Both the position numbers and the translations under genes were made by a program. Of a DNA stretch of 64,000 nt, positions 52,787 through 64,000 are shown piece by piece (positions within the stretch are counted from its first letter, which is position 1; each line of letters starts with the position of its first letter). The notes under the pieces were generated by a model. It had not been told where the DNA came from, searched no databases, and saw nothing but the letters and a program-made list of their open reading frames with translations. The stretch lies in assembly GCF_006345805.1 (NCBI RefSeq), contig NC_042998.1, positions 84,878,001-84,942,000 on the forward strand. The letters run 5' to 3'. This stretch comes from Octopus sinensis. Taxonomy: Eukaryota.

Positions 52787-53691
52787 ATATGTCATAAACC
52801 AATGTGTAATCAATATACATGTGTGAAGTAAAAATGTATTGTAAAAATGTATTGCAAATTCGACCGCAATGAACAGGTGTGATCTAGAATTTTTGGGGTG
52901 GGTATTGCCCAAAAGTTTCGAAGAAAATACTATATAAGGTGGGAATCGCAATTCGTAACAAATGGACACATTTTTATGTATTCTAACTTTGTTGTAGCAG
53001 GCCATATGCATATAAAACAGTGATGCTGTGAAACTGCTGGAAATGAAATAACAATGTTATATTTGCAACGGCTCGGGTAGAAAGGGTGTTGCCCGAGTAA
53101 CTAGGGCAACACCTCTGCATCTGCCACTGATGAGAGTGAAATTGTGATAGACACCACAACGAACATGGGAAATAATTTTTCGTGGTGTAGAAGCATGCAT
53201 TGCTTGTGCAGGCAAACATCTGCCAAAGTCAGCTATCACTATAAAATATTATCGGCATTTCATATAAAATATTATTAGCGACTTTAGAACTTTGGCTCCA
53301 GGTGAGTACAAAAATGTGATTTATAAGCTTAAAGTGAATAATCTGTTATGATATGCATCTCAAAATCAATATCGTAGCCGTGGCATTGTTTGCTTTGGTT
53401 TAGCAGTGAGTCAGCATTGGATGACCACTTTGAGTCATTTAAATTTGAGCATGAACAATTGGGAAATGAATGTGTTGATTTTTGTTTGTTTGTGTGTGTG
53501 TGTGTGGGGGGGGGGTGTATGTGCACGTGCGTGCGCGCGTATATGCATCTGTCTGTGTCTGTACGCGTACAAAATATAAATGATGCAACTGCCTCGTAAA
53601 AGAAAATCGCTGTAAAAACTACACACAAAAGCAAAAAGTGAAAAACAATTCCAGTGTCTTATTTACGGTTCGTTACTTTTCTTATATATAT

Positions 53692-53725
<34 letters not shown>

Positions 53726-55671
53726 AAATAACAAGTTCAGTAATATTCATTACTTATTTTTAATTCATAAACTCCCCATTGTAATTGCGATGACGCGAAC
53801 ATCAAGTTACATTTGTATGCAGTATACGCCCAGAAAAAATCTCCATCAGTCAATACCATGAATATCCATATCAGTTCAAAGATGATTGGCACTGATGTTT
53901 CCATTATCTTTGAAATAACATTGTGGTGAAATAACACAAGGTTTACGGCACCTCTTGTCTTTCACACCGGTGGAGTTGACAAAGGCCACACACACATACT
54001 GTAATCAACACGGCTTTTAAGTTGCGTCAACTCTGGTTGGATTCTATCTGTGCACCGATTGTGATTTTGTAAAGGGTTTCTAAAGGAAAAGAAACATCAG
54101 ACCATTATTTTTTATTTTATTTTTTGATTAGTTTGTTTGTCACATGTCTGGTCAATAGAAAGCATTAAATGTAAATGAATGAATAAATGAATGTTGCCCA
54201 GTATAACATGTTCTGCAAAAACACTTCCTCTGAAGAAACCCATCCCATAACATTAATTAACTAGTATAAATTATTCAACTGTCTTAGGAAAGAGTAACCC
54301 TACATTCACATATAGCTAATGTTTCATTGATTAAAACTAAATTTCATCAACTGCCCGCATAGACACGCGCCTCCTTCTCAAATTTTGGTGTATGGCGAGA
54401 AAATGAAAACGCTTTGAACATCCTACTGGAAAACCGAGTTTTCACCCACTAAGAAAATTTTGTTCCCGCACTTATGATTGCACATTAAAATAGTACTGAG
54501 CACCCTTTGTATTTGAGGGACATGGAAATTATTGATCAAGGGCATATACCTAACTAATCTGTGATAGTTTTAAGTTGTTTTCACGCATGTTGCTCGAGAA
54601 TCTGAAATTAAGCATAAATTGGCAAACTCCACATGTACTGCTACACTGGTGATTCACAATCTTTTTGACATCGTCTGAAAGGAGAATGTGTTCTCTGAAG
54701 ACGAAATACAACAGTGATTAACATATTAACGTTCAAAGCGACTGGAACGTTTGAAAAAAAAAAAAAAAAAGAAATCGTTTTGACTTTCGTTATTTTCTGT
54801 GCACTAAATGATTTATTATTGTTTACCTTGGGTTGTTAATCATACTTGTGTATAACAGCATTCAGGATAATTTTTTGTTTTTGGATGCTCTAGTATGATT
54901 AAAAAAAAATTTTTAGCGAGGAGAAAAGTCGGATCTTTTTCGTTTTCTTCCAATTACAAAAACTTAGTCAATTTTCACTGTTCTCTTTTCGTCTTCATTT
55001 TCACCGATACTCTGTTCCGTGGCAGCAAACAGTTTCGACTTCCGATTGTGAAGATACTGGACTCATTTCATTGGCTAAAGATATGTATAACTTTAAATGC
55101 TTCTATCTTGTGTATTATTCATTTTTCGAAAAAAAAAAAAAAATGAATTCGACGTTTGTTATCAACATGCAAAACTACATCTGTGCGGAAATTTTGAAAA
55201 CAGTCCATTAAGAATTGAAAAAATCTTCAAGTGGTTGGAAGAAAACGAAAAAGATTCGAAAAGGCTATGCCTATAACCCTTTCCAGGGTCTCCGAGACTA
55301 GTGGGAGGAAGAAATGAAGGTATCTTCGAACTGAGGATCTGACATGAATGCTTGCAGCAGAGTGGACTGCGTTATAGGCTTCCAGTATGTCAGGTGGTAG
55401 TTTTAAACCGGGCCATAGATTAAGTGTACTTAATCTACAAGCAGATCATAGCGAGATTTTGTGAAACCTCAATATATATATATATATATATTAAAATATG
55501 CGGCGAATAACCAGATTTCCTTCAAACCACAATCTATTTGTCTTAAAAAGGGAAACGTTGCTGTCGACGGAGATATATTATATCTAAAACGAAAATTCAA
55601 GATGATTTCAACCAGTAGCCAAACTGGAGAACCGCCATGAAGAGTTTTTGTCGAATCGATCAACTATTTTC

Positions 55672-55730
55672 TAACGCCTAGCTAAGTTACGGGGACATCA
55701 ATAAGCCAAAACTGGTTGTCAAAGCGGTGA

Positions 55731-55766
<36 letters not shown>

Positions 55767-55927
55767 CGGGTTTCTTTCAGTTTCTGTCTACCAAATCCAC
55801 TCACGAGTCTTTGGTCGACCCGAGTCTATAGTAGAAGACATTTGCCCAAAATACCATGCAGCCGAACTGAACATGAAACCACGTGGTTAGGAAGCAACCT
55901 TCTCACTACATAGTCTCGCCTGCGCTT
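55672..55927 (-). mobile_element. SINE family A, partial and diverged
   Basis: cgacgggtttctttcagtttctgtctaccaaatccactcac core. Confidence 0.75.
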
Positions 55928-56124
55928 ATAGTAGTCTAGATTCTTTTATCTTTATTTTTCATTCAAGTATAGGCACAGGGCCTGAAATTTTGGAGGAGGG
56001 GTCTAATCGATTACATCCACTCCAGTATTTGACTGGTACTTACTTTATTAACCTTCAAATAGTGATGGGTAAAGTAGACCTCGGAGATATTTGAACTCAG
56101 AACACAGAGAACATTTTGTCTGGA

Positions 56125-56206
56125 GCAGTAACGTTTTTGCAACAGCATCGGCGACTCGGTTATGTTAATAACCGAGTCGCCGATGCTGTTGCAAAAACGT
56201 TACTGC
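56125..56206. repeat. Perfect inverted repeat, 39-bp arms with a 4-nt loop
   Basis: 56125-56163 is the exact reverse complement of 56168-56206. Confidence 0.97.
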
Positions 56207-56455
56207 ACACCGGACGAAATGCGTAGCGGTATTTCGTCTGTCTTAACGTTCTGAGTTCAAATTCCGCCGAGGTCGACTTAGCCTTTCATTCTTTCGGGGT
56301 CGATAAATTAAGCACCAGTTACGCACTGGGGTCGATATAATCGACTTAATACCTATGTCTGTCCTTGTTTGTCCCCTCTATGTTTAGCCCCTTGTGGGTA
56401 ATAAAGAAATAGGTATTTCGTCTGTCTTAACGTTCTGAGTTCAAATTCCGCCGTG
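56207..56455 (+). mobile_element. SINE family B, headless, with partial restart
   Basis: Core and tail, then restart at gtatttcgtc; GGTTATGTTAATAA duplicated at 56158-56171 and 56456-56469. Confidence 0.85.
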
Positions 56456-56914
56456 GTTATGTTAATAATACTTTGATGAGAGTTACACGCAAAACTTGGC
56501 ACTTGTGAGCCATGCAGAAGATGAGTCCCCGATCAGGGCTGATGTTATTCTGACCCTAAAGAGGAAGAGTGATCTTTGAAATTTGCTTTAGGACAGGTGA
56601 TATATGCCAGGTCACCATGGGACATCATCGAGGATCGTGAGAATAAACGTTAGTCGTAACTTCGAGGAATTTCAACATACCATCTATGTGCAATGCCATT
56701 TTATTTGCTATACGCAATGACTGTGACTTAGTGCTGGAGAAATAGATTAATTTACCATGTCCCCCGAGTCTCTGTTTTCGTTAGAAGATGTCTTCGAAGT
56801 TTACTGTTCGTGGAAGTAGTGCAAATTTGTTACGAGGTGTATAGTTACGTGTGGGTGGCGCCTGTGTGAGAAAGGTTAAAGGAGTGGAGGGTGATAACCT
56901 TCCTTTATTGGCGC

Positions 56915-57780
<866 letters not shown>

Positions 57781-58311
57781 GTGTACGTGTGTGTGTGTGT
57801 GTGTTCATCTTCACAAGAACTCGAGCACGAAACTTTCCCATTAACACTGCCATCACCACCAATCCCCTCACCAACACCACTCCCCTCATCACCGTGCTAC
57901 TGTCTCTACCATTCACATATATTTTCAACCAAATCTTCACTTGTTTGGTATCCCTCTGCTCTAATGTCGTCTGCTGTTACCAGACTAAACAAATCATTCC
58001 TAAAATAATGTGACAAAGACACTCTTATAATCGACGAAGCATTGCAGACATCATAACCACAATTTTAAGAACGAGATATCACAGCACATAGTAATCCAAG
58101 CTGAAATCGCACAGTGGTTTCAATTCCCGGATGAAGTTATTTTTCTTCACTTGCGCCGCTGATGTTCGTAAGGAAAACCATGAACGTCAGACGAACTTAT
58201 CTTATTTCCCCTTAAAGTGCAAGTCCGTGTTCAAACATAAAACCAGGGCACCCCCTGCCACCAAAAAAAAACCAAAAAAAAAACCCACCCTAGATTAATA
58301 TAAGAATATAT

Positions 58312-59077
58312 GCTTCATACTATAGGCACAAGGCCTGAAATTGTGGGCTGTGGAAAAGTTGAATACATCGACCTCAGTATACAACTGCTACTTATTTATC
58401 GACCCCGAAAGGGTGAAAGGCAAAGTCGACCTCAACAGAATTTGAACTCAGAATGTAAAGACTTAGAAAATGTCGCTGAGCATTTTGTACGGCTTGCCAA
58501 CGATTCTTCTTTCTACTATAGGCACAAGGCCTGGATTTTGCGGGGAGGAGGACAGTCGATCACATCGACCCCAGTACTCAACTGGTATTTATTTTATCGA
58601 CCCTGAAAGGACGAAGACAAAGACAAATTTGAACTTAGTACGTAGCGGCAGACGAAATACCTATTTCTTTACTACCCACAAGGGGCTATACACAGAGAGG
58701 ATAAACAAGAACAGACAAACAAATTAAGTCGATTATATAGAGCCCAGTGCGTAACTGGTATTTATTTAATCGACCCCGAAAGGATGAAAGGCAATTTCGA
58801 CCTCGGCGGAATTTGAACTCAGGATGTAGCGGCAGATGAAATACCTATTTCTTTACTACCCACAAGGGGCTAAACACAGAGAGGACAAACAAGGACAGAT
58901 AAACGGATTAAGTCGATTACATCGACCCCAGTGCGTAACTGGTACTTATTTAATCGACCTCGAAAGGATGAAAGGCAAAGTCGACCTCGGCGGAATTTGA
59001 ACTCAGAACGTAGCGGCAGACGAAATACTGCTAAGCATTTCGCCCGGCGTGCTAACCTTTCTGCCAGCTCGCCGCCT
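58312..59077 (-). mobile_element. Head-to-tail array of four SINE family B units
   Basis: Core repeated at ~58400, ~58600, ~58770 and ~58960; only the last has the full head. Confidence 0.88.
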
Positions 59078-59189
59078 TAATAAGAATAAGAATACATCTA
59101 TGTGACTATGTGCGCGTTTTGTATGTATATTTATGTGTGTTTTGTATGCATGTATACGTGTGAATATGTATATTTCTGTATATGTGTGT

Positions 59190-59576
59190 GTCTGTCTGTA
59201 TGTATGTATGTCCGTATGTATGTACGTATGTATGTATGTATGTATGTATGTATGTATGTATGTATGTATGTATGTATGTATGTAGTATGTATGTATGTAT
59301 GTATGTCCGTATGTATATATGTATGTATGTCCGTATGTATGTATGCATGCATGTATGTATGTATGTATGTATGTATGTATGTATGTATGTATGTATGTAT
59401 GTATGTTGTATGTATGTATGTATGTATGTATGTATGTATGTATGTATGTATGTATGTCCGTATGTATATATGTATGTATGTCCGTATGTATGTATGCATG
59501 CATGTATGTATGTATGTATGTATGTATGTATGTATGTATGTATGTATGTATGTATGTATGTATGTGTGTATGTATG
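59190..59576. repeat. (TATG)n with higher-order ~150-bp variant repetition
   Basis: tccgtatgtatatatgtatgtatgtccgtatgtatgtatgcatgc occurs at ~59305 and ~59456. Confidence 0.9.
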
Positions 59577-61044
59577 TTCGTTCTGGTTTTTTTTCAGCTG
59601 AATCCATTGTGAGGATCACCCCCACCACTCTCCTTTAACAATGCGGGTCACGCGATATTTCTAGCGATTATGGTGAAAGAGGTTGTGTAATAGACGAGGT
59701 TAAAAGGATTAAGGACAGACATCTTATTCCCCAGTCAAGTCTTCATCGATTTTTTCATGTTCCACTTGAAAAGGAAAGCGAAGTTAGAGAGAGAAGTGGT
59801 CTTCGCAATAGATTTGTCAAAAGGTGGAAACTATGCAAAAGTAGAACTCCTCTAAGTATGCACCTGTAGATTAGAAAACCACAGCTGAGTGAGAGTTTGT
59901 GCGCTTGGTGGTTAGGGCGATCCATCCTGGACCTCCTTTTTTTAGCCCTAATCGGAGGCTATCCTGAATCAGAGTGTCTACATATTTTGTACACTATTTG
60001 TACTTTTGTTTCATCGTTTCATCCCCTTCCTCCACCTCCTTTCTTCACCCCATCTTTCTATGTAAAGTTCCATACAAATTGCAAACTGTCTTAGTAATGT
60101 CTTCTCTGCACCACCACCACCACCACCACCACCACCATCATCATCATTTGTGTTCGTTGTTCGTTATAGACAAACATGATTTTCTATTTCGCAGAGTTTG
60201 GATTTTGAACAAGTGTAACTGAAGAAAGGAGCCTTCTTTTTAAATATTTTCTTTAAAGAACCTTTTTTAGGGCAGTCTGGACATCTGTCCTACACCAAGA
60301 AAGAATCAAGGTTTGCTAGTTTTAGTTAATTTAAACACAACTGTTCAAGATGCTCTTAGCTTACCGGGAAATCAGCTTGAAGTCTCCTCGTGTAGTTTTC
60401 ACCAGAAGTATATCATTTCAAGGTTCCACAAAGCTAGAGCCTATTTCCTCCTCAGTTAATTTGTTGAAGCTCCTGCTTTCTTCTTTTCGTTCCTTTAATA
60501 TTTCAATCAATATTTAGTATATTATGATAAGATTAATTAAATTTAATTTGAACTGGAGGAGGAGTTGGACTCCTCCTCATATATTTTGCTTGCCTTTTCT
60601 TGAGGTATATATTTTTTTCTTTATTCTTTCCTCCCTCTTGACTTCAGTAATTTACTATCTTTGCTCGATTTCCATCTCTTCACTGTTACAAGATCATGGA
60701 GTTATGCTACGGGTTATAGCCGGGAGGGGGTTTTCCTTCGGATTCTCGATCAGCTCTTAGAACGAAAGGCGTGGTGATTTCTTTCGACATTTCTGGAACT
60801 GCATTTCGTGGCTTCTTTCAAAGAGCAGCCTCCATTTGCTGTTGCAATTTTCTGTTGTAGCTTTTCTCGCTCGTCTTAGCAGAAAACCGTTAAATAACAA
60901 CGTGCAGCAGCTGATCTTTTTTCTTTCACGATCAGCTGCAAAGTTTTTCTCTCAACACCTCAGCACCTGTATGCCGCAGCCGACCTCATATCATCAGGCC
61001 ATATCGTAATCATGAACACCTACCATAATGTATTATGAAAGTAA

Positions 61045-61216
61045 TCAACAACCAGGAGTTGACATACAAAAAATTGCACTGCTAGGTACCGGACATATCC
61101 TACGTAAAGCACTTTCAATGCAGTGAAAGTAACTACATTGAAACAAGCCACAGCATATATCTAATGCACACAGAACTAGGTCAGTAGTGCAGTGAAAGCA
61201 CGTGATAAAAATAATA

Positions 61217-61219
<3 letters not shown>
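61045..61219 (+). mobile_element. Very short 3' end of an R4/Dong-type retrotransposon
   Basis: IQKIALLGTGHILRKALSMQ* plus a 3'UTR resembling 62060-62156, ending in (AAT)n. Confidence 0.75.
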
Positions 61220-61290
<71 letters not shown>

Positions 61291-61300
61291 TAATAATAAT

Positions 61301-62153
61301 AAGCCCCTTCATGGTAAATACTGGACTAAACTAAACGCAAAAGAAATAGACAAAGAAAAATCCCAGCAATGGTTGAGAAGCTCAGGACTCAAAGCAGAAA
61401 CAGAGGGATTTTTAATTGCAGCACAAGACCAAAGCCTCCCCACCAGAAATTACCAAAAACATGTAATGAAAAGAAATATTACAAGTAACTGCAGAATATG
61501 TGGAGATGGACAAGAAACAATAAATCATATTATCTCTAGCTGCCCAGTCCTGGCTAAGAAGGAATATATTCACAGACATGACAGAGTTGGAACCTACATA
61601 CATTGGAAGCTATGCCAACATTATGGAATAACAACAGAAAAAAGATGGTATAGGCACACACCAGAAAAGGTCACAGAAAACGAGAAAGCAACCATACTCT
61701 GGGATATGCCGATACACACAGATAGAGAAATTAAGGCCAACAGACCAGATATAGTTGTCAGAGATCATGAAGAAAAAAAATGCTTTCTAATTGATGTATC
61801 AATACCGGCAGATGACAACGTGTCTCTAAAAGAAATGGAGAAACTCTCAAAATACAAAGACCTGGAAATAGAGGTAACTAGAATGTGGAATCTGAAAACA
61901 GAAACAATTCCTATCATAGTAGGTGCATTAGGCATGATAAAAAAATATTCAGACAAATACATAACAAAAACACCAGGACTTATAAACACATATAACATAC
62001 AGAAAATTGCACTACTAGGCACTGCTCACATCCTACGCAGAACACTTTCCATACAATAACCATCAGAGCATCACAACAAATCACAGCACATACCCAAGGC
62101 ACACAGAGCTGCGCTCGGTAGTGAAGTGAAAGCACGCTATAAAAATAAAACTA

Positions 62154-62156
<3 letters not shown>
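61301..62156 (+). mobile_element. 5'-truncated R4/Dong-type non-LTR retrotransposon (zinc finger + restriction-like endonuclease; open frame 61301-62059)
   Basis: CRICG..QETINHIISSC, RHDRV, RPDIVV, IDVSIP, KLSKYKDL, IPIIVGALG, QKIALLGTAHILR; (AAT)n on both sides. Confidence 0.88.
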
Positions 62157-62215
<59 letters not shown>

Positions 62216-62237
62216 TGATGATGATGATGATGATAAT

Positions 62238-62653
62238 GTGCGACCATGAGATAGAGAATGGGAAGCCGGACATAGTCTTAATTGAGCAAGAAAACAAACT
62301 ATGCTGGATCATAGATATAGCATGCCCAGCTGACAAGGTATGCGATAAGGAAGAAAGAAAAGTCGAGAGATATGACAGGTTAGCTTGGGAAGTTAAGCAG
62401 TTATGGTCGATGAAAAAAGTAGCAGTAGTACCAATAATTGTCGGAGCCCTGGGAACAGTGAGCAAAAATCTCGAGAAGTACGTGGAACAAATAGGGGCTG
62501 CAATAAGGGTGGAGCACTTGCAGAAAACAGCACTGCTTGGAACCGCTCGAATACTCCGGAAGGTGCTCGAAAAATAAGAGGTGTTACCTTAGTTCACTGG
62601 TAGGGAACAGCTGACACTGTAGTATATCTCTAGCGCTAGAAGCTGTGCAAAGG
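62238..62653 (+). mobile_element. 3' end of a second R4/Dong-type family
   Basis: KPDIVLI...IIDIACP...KVERYDRL...VPIIVGALG...QKTALLGTARILRKVL*; flanked by (GAT)n/(AAT)n and (AAC)n. Confidence 0.85.
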
Positions 62654-62683
62654 CAACAACAACAACAACAACAACAACAACAT

Positions 62684-62890
62684 TCTTTTCTACTCTAGGC
62701 ACAAGGCCAGAGATTTTGGGGGAGGGGACCAGTCGTTCTACTCCAATACTAGTACTTAATTTATCGACCCCGAAATGCTGAAAGGCAAAGTCGACCTCGG
62801 CGAAATTTGAATTCAGAACGTAAAGACAGACGAAATTACCGCTCAGCATTTCGCCCGGCATGATAACGTCTTTGCCAGCCCGCCGCCTTA
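62684..62890 (-). mobile_element. SINE family B
   Basis: Full head and core between (AAC)n runs. Confidence 0.85.
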
Positions 62891-62907
62891 ACAACAACAA
62901 CAACAAC

Positions 62908-62978
<71 letters not shown>

Positions 62979-62987
62979 TAATAATAA

Positions 62988-63049
<62 letters not shown>

Positions 63050-63051
<2 letters not shown>

Positions 63052-63598
63052 TGCAGTACCAGGCAGTGGCTCTCGTGGCTTCTGATCTTAACTGATTGGA
63101 AGTGTTATCATGTACATTGTTTTGTCTTGGTATAAAAGATGGGCTACAGCAAATATTCTGCTCAATACCACAGATTTGCTTGTCAGTTGTTTGACCTTAA
63201 TCAGTTGAGCATGTCCCTTAGTGACTGACGATGTGTGCATCTCTGATCACGAGCAGAAGTAGTGGGGGAGCATCATAGCCATGTGTTGAGAGGGATTCTT
63301 TGGGGTTTGAATAATTCACCTCTGGAAACATGGGTGGTTCTTTCAACATCCTTAAACAACCCTTATTCAGGGACCGTTTGAGCGGGATGGGCTACTCAAC
63401 CCGAAGAAAATTCTAACTGGGCCCCACCTGCAAGGTCATGTGCTGTTTATCTTGATATGAGATCACCATGTCGCGCACATATGGTTGTGATGCATGTGCC
63501 TGGTGTACCTTTATCAGACGGGTAGTCATGATGGGTATATTGGGCTTCGTATATTTTACCCCAGTGTCACTTTGATGGCATGCACTGCTCTCTCACTC
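63050..63598. mobile_element. ~550-bp microsatellite-associated element, copy 3 (intact)
   Basis: Flanked on both sides by (AAT)n. Confidence 0.9.
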
Positions 63599-63619
63599 AA
63601 TAATAATAATAATAAAAAT

Positions 63620-63830
63620 CATAATTCTTTCTACTAAAGGCAGAAGGCCTGAAATTTGTGGTGAGGGGACTAGTCGATTACATTAACCTCAGCGTTTCAC
63701 TGGTACTTAACTTATTGATCCCGGAAGGATGAAAGGCAAAGTTGACCTCGGCGGAATTTGAACTCAAAACGAAGCGACGGGGGAAATACCGCTAAGTATC
63801 TCGCCCGGCGTGCTAACGATTCTGCTTGCT
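63620..63830 (-). mobile_element. SINE family B, diverged
   Basis: Conserved core. Confidence 0.8.
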
Positions 63831-64000
63831 CCAGTTGACCTCGGTGATATTTGAACACAGAACACAAAGAGCCGGAAGAAATACCGCAAGGCATTTTAAA
63901 CTTTATTAGATTTTAAATGACCTGTTCATGGAAGACAGATATGCTTTAAAAATTTAGGAAACGCGCATGCGCGTGCGTGTTTACGTACAAACACAAGCAC

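Noticed and set aside
60300-60900. Possible degenerate LINE coding fragment on the minus strand
   Set aside because: Many stops and no diagnostic motif that I can recognise.
63050-63110. Possible HDV-like ribozyme at one end of the 550-bp element
   Set aside because: P1 needs a bulge, and the GG of J1.1/4 and a P2 partner are missing.

Overview
AT-rich, microsatellite-dense eukaryotic DNA made almost entirely of transposable-element debris. No host protein-coding gene could be supported. The repeat families resemble octopus/cephalopod repeats as I recall them (inference, not a database result). Contents: 3' fragments of CR1- and RTE-type LINEs; a stack of R4/Dong-type RLE retrotransposon ends in (AAT)n; two Tc1 copies; two mariner copies; a hAT MITE; a Helentron-type non-autonomous element; many tRNA-derived SINEs. 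Most notable: (i) Penelope-like non-coding elements with minimal hammerhead-ribozyme motifs, including a tRNA-head-(AAT)n-hammerhead unit and families whose core 3:8 pair reads C:G, G:C or U:A; (ii) a TSD-bounded ~2-kb LINE derivative encoding only a gag-like ORF1, inserted in a SINE head; (iii) a ~550-bp fixed-length element found three times, always inside trinucleotide microsatellites. Coordinates were read by eye; degenerate-repeat boundaries are approximate.
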